Source of the DNA: Mobula hypostoma
Lineage: Eukaryota
Assembly (NCBI RefSeq): GCF_963921235.1
Contig: NC_086108.1
Location: forward strand, 66,838,001-66,902,000
Length of the DNA: 64,000 bases
Direction: 5' to 3'
Of the stretch, positions 1 through 12,414 are shown piece by piece. The position numbers and the translations under genes were made by a program. Under the pieces are notes generated by a model, which was given only the letters and a program-made list of their open reading frames with translations, had not been told where the DNA came from and did not search any database. Every line of letters begins with the position of its first letter. Position 1 is the first letter of the stretch.

Positions 1-490
1 GAAAGTAAGTCCATAGGTTCAGGAGCCTGATGATTGAGGGATAATAACTGTTCCTGAACCTGCTGCTGTTGGACCCAAGGCCCCTGTACCTCCTTCCTGA
101 TGGCAGCAGTGAGAAGACAGCATGGCCTGGATGGTGGGGTAAGTTTTCCCTGTGATGGACTGGGCTGTTTCTATTACTTTTTGTAGGCTTTTCCGTTCAA
201 GGGCTTTGGTGTCTCCATACCGGACCATGATGCAACTAGACAGAATACTCTACATTGTGCATCTGTAGAAGTTCGTCAAAGTTTTAGGAGACAACTTCTA
301 AGAAAGTAGAGGCATTGCTGTGTTTTCTTTGTATTGGCACTTATGTGTTAATCCCAGGCTAGATCCTCTGAAATAATAATACTGAGGAATTTAAATTACT
401 GACCCTATCCTCCTCTGATCCCCTGATGACTCGCTCATGGACCTCTGGTTTCCTCCTCCTGTAGTCAATAATCAATTCTTTGCTTTTCCT
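1..490 (-). mobile_element. Rex1/Babar-type LINE 3' RT fragment (decayed)
   Basis: ORF remnants SKELIIDYRRRK and YGDTKALERKSLQKVIETAQSITG are typical of the Rex1-clade RT C-terminus. Confidence 0.75.
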
Positions 491-2145
491 GATGTGTCTG
501 TACTCCTTCTTATACAGAGGAACAACACTGCTATCGTCCAGTCCTCCAGACCTCACCTGTTGCTGAAGAGGGAACAAAGGTTTCTGTCAAGGCCACAGGA
601 ATCTCATCTCTTGGCCTCTCTCATTAACCTTGGATGGATCCCATCATATCCTGGGGACTTATCTGTATTAGTGCTCTTCAAGAGGACCAACAAGGTTGAG
701 TTTTCAAAGCAGAACCACAGAGGAGAAATGATAAAAACCCATATGGAGATAGGTGATACAAAGCGTGAGTGCAGACTGTTACTCAGAAAGATTAGAGGAA
801 AATTCAGGAGAAGATTTCACCCAAAACTTACTTGGTACTAGATGGATGATGAAGTCAGAAACCCTTATCACATTTAAGCAGTACCTGGATAAGCACCTGA
901 AGAGCACCAGTACTGTATAGATCTACAGTACCTGTAACAGTATGAACTGCACTTTTTCCCTTACCTGCTGAGACAAGATTCAAGGAACTATAGGGAAGGA
1001 GGAAATACAAAGGCTTCCATTTTCAGATTGGCTGTTCATGAATACAGTTCTCTGCATTAAATTAAGTTAGTGTTGAAACAATGCCCCCCCCCCCCCCGCT
1101 TCTTTAAATCCTAGCAGAAAGAGATGCAAGGTAAAGAGAGAACTACATATTTAGGAAAAGTGTTTACCCAAGATTATAAATAGGAGACCAGCTCTCCTGA
1201 AAGGCACTTTCTAAGTATAGCCACCTTCCGAGAATGTATTCTTTCCTTCTTGAGCTGGGCTTTTCTCAGACTAAGCCCATGTCTAAACTGGAGAGAAACA
1301 GCCTTTCTGAGAACACATAGGACATAACAACCCATCAAACTGTTACTGGAATTGTTGGCGCCAGTGCAAACTTCCCTAAATTTTCTTACTGTAGCTGTGC
1401 CTCTCAGCAAGAGGTTGAACTAAGGCTTTCAACTCTAATAAACCAGACTCAAAATAAAGCAGTGTGACAGCATTCGACATCTTCACCATTTCAAACTGAC
1501 CAAATGCATTTTCTCCAGAAGCTGTCATGCACAGTTCTGCATCACTACTCTTCATGTTAAAAACAAGTCCCAATTTTAAAGAATCTTGACCGGAGCATGC
1601 AGGATTTTAAAAAACTTTATGTTGTTATTTCCTGTTAACATTAAATGATCAAAACTATGAGTAACTATAATGCAGCAATAAAATAATATTATCTAAAAGA
1701 CAAATAACTCTATAAACTGCTATGAAAATATGAGGTGGGGTGGTGACACAGCATACAGTGCAGAAAGAGGCCAACACATTATAAAATGCTGGAGGAACTC
1801 AGCAGGACAGTCAGCAATTCGGGAAATTAATAAACTGCTGATGTTTTGGGCTGAGACCATTTATCTGGACGAGAAAGGAAGTGGGAATATACCAGAATGC
1901 CCCTTGCTGTCATACAGCCACCTTTCCCCTCTCTTTCCCCTCCCCTCAAGTATTTTTGGAACTCCACTTTTGGTGAATATGTCTGTATTCACCAACCTGT
2001 TAGGTAGCCCAGGGTCACTTAAATTGCAGGTTAATTTGCAACTCTTACAACTCTTACCATTGAAGGGATGGGTCTATGTAGAGCATATGGGTTTGTTTTA
2101 ATTCATACAAAATACATTACTTCTAATTTACCATCTGATCACCCT

Positions 2146-3515
2146 AAAGTCAAGTCAAATGAAGTTTATTGTCATTTAACTACATACATGTATATAACGT
2201 ATATAGAAACAAAACATTTCTTTGAACAAGAGAGAAAACACATAACACATGATAACTCATGAAAGTGAGGATAAAATCTACAGATGAATCTCACATAAAT
2301 AATAAACTAAAGTGAATTAGTATTAAATAGAATGGATTAACCAGTGACACATCGACTACAATGCGGCCAGGAGTTCAGAAGCCTAAGGGCCTGGGGGAAG
2401 AAAGTATTTCTCATCCTGAGCATTCTTGTTTTTATGCATCGTAGTTTCCAATGCTCGACTGCTCCCATACCAGACGGAGATGCAATTTGTCAGGATGTTC
2501 TCAATGGTGTATCCTGTAAAACACAGTTAGGAAGCGGGGGGGAGGCCTCGCTTGCCTCAATCTTCTTGGGAAGTGGAGTCACTGCTGTGCCTTCTTGCCA
2601 GCTTGACCAGCTGAGGTCATCAGTGATGTGAACTCTCAGAAACTTAGTGCACTCTCTACAGAGGAGCCATGTATTCGCAAAGGGGGATGGTCTGTCTGCA
2701 CCTTCCTGAAGTCCACAATGATGTCCTCAGTCTTCTCCATGTTCAGTTTTAGGTTGTTCTTCTCACACCAATCCACCAACCCTAACTCTTCCTCTCTATA
2801 CTCTGTCTCATCATCATTCTTCATAAGGCCAACCACTGCTGCATCATCTGCAAACTTGATGACACAGTTTGAGCTGGATCCCGTGACACAGGTATGCGTC
2901 AGCAATGTCAACAGCAGCGGGCTGAGCATATAGCCTTGGGGAGCGCCAGTGCTTAGCGTAATGGGACAAGACATGTTGCTGCCCACATGTACTGACTGTG
3001 TCCTTTCTGTTAAGAAGTCCAGTATCCAATTGCAGAGGGAGGTGTTGAGACCCAGCGAGGACAGGTTACTGCTTCTGCAGTAAGATGGTGTAGAACACTG
3101 AACTGAAGTCTATAAACAGCAGTCTGGCATATGAAAGCCCATTTTCTAGGTGGGACAGGACAGAGTGGAGGGCAGAGGCTATTGCATTGCCAGTGGATCG
3201 ATTTGAGTGACAGCAAACTGCAAAGGGTCTAGTGTCACCAGGTGAAAGGCTTTAATGAGCACCATGACCAGCCGCTCAAAGCATTTCATAATGGTCGATG
3301 TTAATGCCACTGGACAATAGTCATTTAGGCAGAATACTGTCGTCTTCCATGTTACTGGAATGATGGTTACCACCTTGAAAACAGAAGGGGACAATGGATT
3401 GTTCCAGAGAGATGCTGAAAATATCCATCAGCTAGGCTGCTTAGTCTTTCAGAACCCGACCTGGTGTGTTATCAGGTCCCGCAGCTTTGTGCGGGTTGAC
3501 TCTGGCCAGGGTCTG
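2146..3515 (-). mobile_element. Rex1/Babar-type LINE, 5'-truncated RT
   Basis: ORFs contain [37 protein letters not shown] and [23 protein letters not shown]. Simple-repeat 3' tail (aagtc)n near 2146. Confidence 0.85.
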
Positions 3516-3589
3516 AGCTCTAGTGGTAAACTACATCATCAATGAAATGATCATCTGTCATTTTATCTTTAAAATAGTTGTCTCTCGAT

Positions 3590-6500
3590 CCATAAAACCA
3601 CACAACATAGGAGCATTCAGCCCATCGAGTATGCTCTGCCATTCCATCAGGGCTGATTCATTACCCCCTCAAGCCCATTAAGAACATATAACATAGAGCA
3701 TAGAAGTTTACAGCACATTATAGGCCCTTCGGCCCACAGCGTTGTGCTGACCATGTAAACTACTCTAGAAACTACCTAGAATTTCCCTACCACATAGCCC
3801 TCTATTTTTCTCAGCTTCATGTACCTACCTAAGAGTCCCTTAAAAGACTCTATTGTATCTGCTTCTACCACCATCACTGGCAGTGCATTCCACGCACCCG
3901 CCACTCTCCGTGTGAAAAACTTACTCCTGACATCCCCTTCCCCCCCGCCCCCGGGTACCTACTTCTAAGCACCTTAAAACTATGCCCCCTTGTGTTAGCC
4001 ATTTCAGCCCTGGGAAAAAGCCTCTGGCTATCCACACAATTAATGCCTCTCATCATCTTATACACCTCTCATCCTCCGTTGCTCCAAAAAGAGAAAAGCC
4101 CAAGTTCACTGAACTATTCTCATAAGGCATGCTCTGCAATCCAGGCAACATCCTTGTAAATACCCTCTGCACTCTCTCTACATTATCGACATCCTTCCTA
4201 TAGTGAAGTGACCAGAACTGAACACAGTACTCCAAGTGGGGTCTAACTAAGGTCTTATACAGCTGTAACATTACTTCATGACTCTTGAACTCAATCCTAT
4301 GGTTGATGAAGGCCAACACACCATATGCTTTCTTAACAACACTGTCAACCTGCACAGCAGCTTTGAGTGTCCTATGGACATGGACCCTAAGATCTCTCTG
4401 ATCCTCCACACTGCCAAGAGTCTTACCATTAATATTATATTCTGTCTTCAACTTTGACCTACCAAAATGAACAACTTCACACTTATCAGGGTTGAACTCC
4501 ATCTGCCACTTCTTACCCCAGTTCTGCATCTTATTGATATCCCTCTGTAACCTCTGACAACCCTCCAGACTATCCACAACACCCCAACCTTTGTGTCATC
4601 AGCAAACTTACTAACCCACCCTTCTACTTCTTCTTCCAAGTCATTTATAAAAATCACAAAGAGGAGGGGCCCCAGAACAGATCCCAGTGGAACACCACCT
4701 GTCACCGACCTCCATGAAGAATACAAACTATCTATAACCACCCCTTGCCTTCTGTGGGCAAGCCAATTCTGGATCCACAGTGCAAGGACTCCTTGGATCC
4801 CATGCCTCCTTACTTTCTGAAGGATCCTTGCATGGGGAACCTTATCAAATGCTTTTCAGAAATACATATACACAACATCCACTGCTCTACCTTCATCAGC
4901 GTGTTTTGTTACATCCTCAAACAATTCAATTGGCCCGTAAAGCACGGCCTACCCTTGACAGAGCCATGTTGACTATCCCGAATCAGATTATGTGTCTCCA
5001 ATTGCTCATTAATCCTGCCTCTCAGGATCTTCTCTAACAACTTGCCCACCACTGAAGTAAGACTCACTGGTCTATAATTTCCTGGGTTATCTCTGCTCCC
5101 TTTCTTCAACAAGGGAAGAACATTTTCAACCCTCCAATCCTCTGGTACTTCTCCCATCCCTATTTTTGATGCAAAGATCATGCCAGAGACTCAATAATCT
5201 CCTCCCCTCTGTAGCCTGGGGTATATCTCATCTGGACCCAGCAACTTATTTAAGTGTTTTTCAAAAGCTCCAGCACATCCTCTTTCTTAATGTCTATATG
5301 TTCAAATGTTTCAGTTTGCTGTAAGTCATCCCCACAATTGCCAAGTTCCTTTGCCCTGGTGAATACTGAAATAAAGTATGCAATAAGTACCTCTGCTACC
5401 TCCTCCAACTCCATGTACACTTTTCCACTTTCACACCTGATTAGTCGCTTTGCTCTTTACATACTTGTAGAATGCCTTGGGGTTTTCCTTAATCCTGCTC
5501 ACCAATGCCTTCTCATGGCCTATTCTAGCTCTCCTAATTTCATTCTTAAACTCCTTCCTGGCAACTTTGAAATTTTTTAACAGTACCTAGTTTCTTGAAC
5601 CTTTCATAAGCTGTTCTTTTCTTAACTAGATTTTCTACATGCTTTGTACACCATGGTTCTTTTACCCTACCATCCTTTCCCTACCTCAATGGAACATACC
5701 TATGAGGAATGCCAAACAAATGTTCGCAGAACATTTGCCATAATTCTGCCGTGCATTTCCCAGAGAACGTCCGCTCCCAATTTTTGCTCCTAAGTCTCTG
5801 CCTAATACCATCCCATTTCTCCCTCCTCCAATTAAATATTTTTCCAAATTATCTGCTCCTATCCCTCTCCAGCGCTATGATAAAAGAGATACAGTTGTGA
5901 TCACTACCTCCAAAATGCTCTCCCATTGAGAGATCTGACACCTGACCAGGTTCATTTCTCAATACCAGATCAAGTTCAGCCTCTCCTCCAGTTGGCTTAC
6001 CTACATATTGCATCAGGAAACCTTCCTGAACACACTTAACAAACTCCACCTCATCCAAACCCCTTGCTCTAAGAAGATGCCAGTAGATATTCTCCTGCCT
6101 TCTCTCCTTAACCTTTGATGCCCTGACTAATCAGGAACCTATCAACTTCCACTTTAAATGTACCCAATGACTTGGCCTTCACAGCTGTCTGTGACAATGC
6201 CTTCCACAGATTCACTATCCTCGGGTCCTAGATTCACCCACTATAGGGCACATTATCTCCACATCCACTCTATCTATTCTGACCAATGTCTTATAATACC
6301 TCAGCATTACATCCTTGCTTTTATATTCTAAGTCTGTTGAAATGAATGCTAACATTGCATTTGCCTTCTTTACCACCAACTCCACCTGCAAGTTAACCTT
6401 TGGGGAATCCGGCATGAGGATTCCCAAGCCCCTTTGCACATTTGATATTTGATGTTTCTCCTCAGTTAGAAGATTATCTATGCCTTTATTCCTTCTGCTA

Positions 6501-6765
6501 AAGTGCATAACCATACCCTTCCCTACACTATATTCTACATGCCACTACTTTGACGAGTCTCCCATTCTAAGTTCTTCTGCAGACTTACTGCTTTCTCAGC
6601 ACTACCTGCCCCTCCACCTCTCTTTGTATTGTCCACAAACTTGGCCAAGAAGCCTTCAATTCCACCATCAAAATCATTGACATATAACATGAAAAGAAAC
6701 GGTCCCAACACCGACTCCTGTGGAACATCACTAGTCACTGGCAGCCAACCAGAAAAGGCCAGATT
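3590..6765 (-). mobile_element. Older CR1 LINE fragment split by a younger CR1 insertion
   Basis: The 3' UTR starts at about 3590 and resumes at about 6088 (cccatt|ctcctgccttctc). RT remnants VPQESVLGPFLF..KFVD at 6535-6738. Confidence 0.7.
3680..6087 (-). mobile_element. CR1 LINE, decayed ORF2 (endonuclease end + RT)
   Basis: ORFs contain PGNYRPVSLTSVVGK, GVPLGSVLGPLLF..KFADDTK, WQMEFNPDKC, LVRPHLEYCVQFW and LDLVL..GSDH. Tandem tail aacatag near 3680. Confidence 0.9.
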
Positions 6766-8489
6766 ATTTCCTTCAAAGTGATCCTTTCATTCGTCAATTG
6801 GGGCATCCGAATGATTTAAGAACAAGAAAACTATTTGATAGTGCTGTAGTCATCTTTAAAAGATGGATCTGACTGCCAATTTCAAATTTTGTTTTGGTTA
6901 ATTTTATCCCAGTTTGCTTGTCTCCACTGTTGTCTCTTTGCTGCTGCGTGCCTCAGGGGGCATCCATACCAGAGGCACTCAATCTTAATGTCATGCTAAT
7001 GGTTCCACCTGTATGGAAAGGTGGATTCCATACAAACCCAATCAACTATATAATCAAGGAAACAAAGAGAAACCCTGCCTGTCCCCTAATCAAATCTGTT
7101 TTTTTCCCCAGTTTTCTCAATGTCATTAAAGGAATTGAAACAAAAATTGCAGAGCAAAAAGGCATTACTTCAAGCTTTGACATAGCTCAATAAGGAAATG
7201 CACTGTCTAGCGGATAAGAAAGAACTGTACTCGGTCCTTTCATGTGCTGAACTAATGAATGTCAGAGGTACTGGGCTCAGTATTCCTGGCAGGAGAAAGA
7301 AAAAGTAATCAGTCATGCTTTCCCTTGTCTTGATCCGCATTGTGTAGTGTCCTTGCAGAAATAAACCGGGCTTAGTGTGGACGAATCCCCTCCCAACCCA
7401 CTTCCTCTGACGTGGTTAGTTTGCATTTAGTACTTCTCACTGTCTAAACTCACCAATAAAATATGTTCAATTACCAAGTTACCAGACAGTTTGTAGACCT
7501 GAAACACTGTATAAAACGCTAGTTGAAACAGAGAAAGAAAAGTCCAGCAGGGGAAAATGACAGAGCAATCCAATTTTTCTAAAACAAAACATTGATTGAA
7601 TGGTGACGTACATCGAGTAAACTACAGTACATAGCTAGAATAAAATTAGTATTCCTGTCAGTCACACTCAGCAGAAAGATTTACTGGTCATATTTTAAAA
7701 TTGCATTTAATGCCTTTAAGCAACAATAAAATGACAGTAACAGATACATTAGTGACAGCTTCCGCACCATGGCCCAGAATCTCCAGTCAGTGGAGAAGAA
7801 ATGGTGCTCACCACTGACTTTGAAGCAGTTGTACAAAGATTCCCCTTTCTGATCTCCTTTGCTGTCAGCTTAGTGGAACTCTTGGTGCCTAGCACCTGTC
7901 ATCTTATTATCTGTTCTGTTTGGGGAGCCAATCTCATTAAAGAATGCTCATCTGCTACGGGAATCAAACAGCACAATTTTAAAATTTAAAGAATATGGAT
8001 TATCATATTGACACTGTGATAATAACACATAATGAGTAAGAAGCAAAATATCAGTTGTTATTTTAATATCCTTTATATTCTGAAGAATTTTTTTGAAAAA
8101 ACATGACTTAAACTGAGGTTAAAATTTGAGATTAGGGCTAGAAAGATTGCTTGAAATACCATTATGACTTCTCCAAACAAAATTTAAGATTTCCTGTGTA
8201 GTTCAGAGCGAAATTAGCTTAGAAACATGTCATTTCTAGTGATATCCCTTGGTTCCAGAAAATATAGCTTCAAACTGCACAGTCCTTAGACATGTTCCAT
8301 GGCAACTTTGAAGTATCTTTTTTACATGTTGTAATAATGGTAGTTTGCCCTCAATAATCCTGCAACATATAGGTCAACATAGCCTGGATAGCTCCATATA
8401 CTTCTACTGTCTTGATCATGGAATAAGAGATGATGATAGTGGACAAGGATAGCATCAATGTGTCAGCACAGTGGTTTTTTCTATCATAT

Positions 8490-8840
8490 CTCAAAATTAT
8501 GAGAGGCATAGACAGACACATATATCATTTTCCCAGGATTGAAATGTCTAAGACTTTTAAGGTGAGGGGGAGTTCAAAGGAGATGTACAGAACAAGTTTT
8601 TTTACGTAAAGAGTTGAGGGTGCCTGGAATGCACTGCTGGGTATGATGGTGGAAGCAAATACAATAGAGGCATTTACCAGGCTCTCAGATAGGTACCTGA
8701 GTACACTGACAATGGAGGGAAATGGAGCATGTGGAGGCAGAAGGGATTAGTGCAACTAGGCATCATTAGCTTAATTATTCTGGCATGATATTGTGGGCCA
8801 AAGGGATCTGTTTCTGTAGGATACTCTTCTATATTCTAGA
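8490..8840 (+). mobile_element. CR1 LINE 3' end fragment
   Basis: The typical CR1 3' motif gtgcctggaatgcactgc...ggtggaagcaaatacaatag is also seen in the other copies in this window. Confidence 0.7.
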
Positions 8841-8859
8841 CTCATTTCAGGTTGTGCTG

Positions 8860-10240
8860 CTTCATACACCCGTGTTGAGCACGTCGATTTCATCAACTTT
8901 GCCTCAAACTTCCACCCTGCCCTTAAATTCACTTGGTTCACTTCTGACACCTTTCTCCCCTTTCTCAATCTGTCTCCATCTCTGGGGACAACTGTCTACT
9001 GACATCTTTTATAAACCTACTGATTTCTAGGAGTATTTTGACTATACCTCCTTCCATCCGGTCTCCTATAAAAATGCTATTCCCTTTTCTCCATCCCATT
9101 GTCTTCGCAGCATCTGTTCCCAGGAAGAGGCTTTCCTTTCCAGGACATCAGAGATGTCCTCTTTCTTCAAAGAACAGGGTTTTCCTTTCTCTAAAATTGA
9201 TGCTGCCCTCACCACGTCTCCTCCATTTCCCAGACAAACGTACTCACCCCTTCTTCTCAACACCTTAAAAGGGATATGACCTCATCTACCACCCCATGAA
9301 TCTCCGTACACAACACATCATTCTCCACAACTTCAACCATCTTTAACGGGATCCTCCACCAACACATCTTTACTTCCTCCCTCACTCTCCCCTTTCTGCA
9401 GGGATTGCACTCTCTGTGATTGGACTGTCCATTCATCCCTCCCCACTAATCTCTCTCCTGGCACGTATCCCTGTGAGAGGAATGCTACACTGCCCATTGA
9501 CCTCTATTCAGGGTGACAAACAGTCTTTCCAGACGTGGCAAAACAATCACCTGTGAATCTGCTGGGATTTGTGTATTGTACCCAGTGCTCCCGATATGGC
9601 CTCCTTTACATTGGTGATACCCGATGCAGGTTGGGGGGACCGCTTTGCTGAGCATCTCCGCTCCATCTGCCAAAAGAGAAATTTCATGGTGGCCAACCGT
9701 TTTAAATCTTGTCCCCATATCCGTTCTGACATGTCGGTCTACGGCCTTCATTTCTGCCGCAATGAGCCTACTCTCAGGATGGAGAAGCAACACCTCATAT
9801 TCCGTTTAGGTAGCTTCCAATATGATGGCATGAATATCAATTTCTCCTTCCAGTACTTTTCTTATCTTTTTTTCTTTTTTCTCCCCCTTCCCTCTTCTTC
9901 TATTCTCCACTCTGCCCTATCCTCACCTGCCCATCAATTCTCCCTAGCGCCCCTCCTACCTCCCTTTTTCCCACAATCCACTCTCCTCTCCTATCAGATC
10001 CCTTCTTCTCCAGCTTTTCACCTTGCCACCCACCAGGCTCCACCGTTTAGCATGTCTCTCTCCCCTCCCCACCTTTTTTTACTGGTGCCTTTCCCCTTCC
10101 TTTCTGGTCCTGATGAAGGGTCTCAGCCTGAAACGTTGACTGTTTATTTATTTTCATAGATGCTGCCTGACCTGCTGAGTTCCTCCAGCATTTTGTGTGT
10201 GTTGCTCTGGATTTCCAGCATCTATAGAATCTCTTGTGTT
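8860..10240 (+). mobile_element. Penelope-like element (RT C-terminus, GIY-YIG endonuclease, pseudo-LTR)
   Basis: Frameshifted FINFASNFHPALKFTW and TDIFYKPTD, then GDRFAEHLRSI..VANRF..EKQHLIFRLGSFQYDGMNINFS (GIY-YIG-type domain), a pyrimidine tract and the conserved pseudo-LTR. Confidence 0.85.
10105..10142 (+). ncRNA. Minimal type I hammerhead ribozyme motif
   Basis: tggtc-CTGATGA-agggtctcagcct-GAAAC-GTT-gactg: intact core boxes, stem I (tggtc/gactg), stem II, and a palindromic stem III (aacgtt). Confidence 0.75.
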
Positions 10241-10289
10241 TAACATCTAGAGGTGGATGGATTACTTCATTATATACATGTTCAAAATG

Positions 10290-10640
10290 GAGTAGAGAGA
10301 CTGGGACAGTTTTCTTTAAATAGAAGGATGAGAGGAGATTTGATAGAAGTATATATATGAGGTGTCCAGATCAAATGGATAGTGAGAAGCTGTTCCCTAA
10401 CAGTGGAGAGGTTACAGACTTGAGGGCACGGGTATAAAACAGAGAATTTAGAGCAATGTGCGGCCTCAGTGTGCAGTTGGATCTTGGAATCAACTGCCTG
10501 CACATGTGGAGGAGACAGATTCCATGGTGGCTGTCAAGAACAAGATGGATAAATATACAGTGAGGAAAGGTTTGCAGTGACTAGGGTTGGAAGTAGTGAG
10601 GTGCTCTGGTAGAGAGCCAAATAGCCTCTGGTATTGTAAA
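10290..10640 (+). mobile_element. Old CR1 3' fragment
   Basis: aggatgagaggagatttgatagaagtatat...gggcacgggtataaa resembles the CR1 ORF2 end. Confidence 0.6.
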
Positions 10641-12057
10641 CATTCTAGGATTCTAGTGAAGAAAAACATTGCACTCTGTGTACCCTCAAGCAGTTGTGTT
10701 ATTGCAGCTCTTGACATTGAAAATAATTGTTCAATGAGGTGGGGTAAATTATGTAAATTTTAAAAATTCAGTTCTTCATCAATTAATCACAGTACAAATC
10801 CAACAGTATTCTAGAGGGTCAGAAAGCTGGTAAAAACATGATATTCAAAACACTGGATTTTTTTGAAAATTGAAATATGACAGATATGATCATAAAATAG
10901 GCCCCAAACCAACATTTTCCATTAAGTACTTTTGAAACAATTTCTGAAGCTGAAGGGGAGGTGAGGAAAATGTCAGTGGAATATGATTTACTGAGCAAAT
11001 ATTTTTTTATTTCTTAAGCCTTCAAAGTTGCTGGAAGAAACTGGCAGGAGAACTTTCTTCAGAAATAGAGAGAATTCAGGTTCTGTTGCAATGAGTTTAC
11101 ATGAAACAGTAGTTGAAATACAAGCTCAGAGGAAGACATTCTTCTTGTGCCACAAAGACTAAACAGTCACAAGCACCTATTCACAAGCTTTCTGCATCTC
11201 AGCCACAACTTCCTTCTACTCTTTTTAAAGAGAAAATCTTTGTTGGTTAATTTAAGTTCATGAGCAGGGAGCCGGAGATGATTTCAGAAATTTGGAAGCT
11301 CAGTGAAAACCTTGGAAATGTGATCAGTACAGTTTGCTGAACCAAACATCTGGACATCCAACAGAAACAATCATTTTATAATTACAGGCAACAAAATATC
11401 ATATTCCCATTATCAAACTGATTATGGAGAGAAAAAAATCTTATCTTGTTTTCAACTAATGACAAATAAAGAAACTTTTTCCACAGTCTTCAAAGAATTT
11501 GAGGCATACTCCTAAATGGGAGCTGACAGCAAGCACAAAAGCCAGCATGCAATGCCAGAGCATTCTGTAACCTAATCAGAAACCATGCTGGTTTAGCCAG
11601 GCTCCACTAACTCATGTAACGTTTGTTAGGCTGTTGTCCAATTTCTCTGAAACCCAGTAAATAGTACTCAAAAACAGCAAATTTTTGAGATTCATTTGAG
11701 CCAGCTTCACATTGGTGTCACTACTGAAAATGGTGAGCTCACATTAAAAGGCATAGTATCCATATTAACAGCCTAGGATTTACAAACACTTGCTTCACTG
11801 AGTTTGACTGAAATTAACCAAAAGTTTATGATATAATTCCTAGTAGTTTAAGAAAATGCAAACTGATCTTACGGTCTTCTAAATTTAGTAATTTCTTCTA
11901 CTCTTGATAATAAACTTGCAATTAATTGATATAAATCTTGTGGAATAATCTGAATCCAAGGCCCCACCCCCACCACCTCCATTTTAACTGACCCTTTCTC
12001 TGCAGTTCTTTTGACAAGATTGAAAATGCCAACAAAATAACAGCTATGGTTCCTTAC

Positions 12058-12204
12058 TTGAGAAGTATCATGATTGAAGATGACAGCATTCAAGTCCCCA
12101 CAGTTGTAGTGCTTGATGAGGTCCTCTGTAGTGTAAGGAGCCTGCAAGCTGCCTGCTCGGAGACTCTCATGTTGCAGGAGAGTTTGGTTTAAAGCAAAGA
12201 GAAC
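12058..12204 (-). CDS. TRABD2B: Internal coding exon (147 bp, phase 0/0) of TraB-domain metalloprotease Tiki2 (TRABD2B-like)
   Basis: Translates to [49 protein letters not shown], which I recognise as a conserved Tiki/TRABD2 segment. VLF and [10 protein letters not shown] favour the B paralogue, from recall. Canonical acceptor ttacag|GTT (AG at 12206-12205) and donor CAA|gtaagg (GT at 12057-12056). No other exon was recognised in the window. Confidence 0.9.
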
Positions 12205-12414
12205 CTGTAATGACATAAAAACACAAACACTTGTAAAGAACACAAAGAATTGGAAATGGATAGAATTTGTAACAGTCTGGGTTTGGGGCAAGTCATCATT
12301 TGAGAACAGACATGTGGTTTGACATGAAGCTGTGTTACTGTTGAAAACCTTAGTAAGGATTGAAACTAGAAAGGAAATTTCATAAAGGGACCATTTCATA
12401 AATGAGCATTGTTA

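Noticed and set aside
1..12000. Next TRABD2B exon (PNFIN..QELIYKRN)
   Set aside because: Not found by eye or in the ORF track; probably outside the window, though I could have missed it.
11869..12399. 176-aa ORF as a complete gene
   Set aside because: Only the central 49 aa are Tiki-like and bounded by splice sites; the rest is read-through intron.
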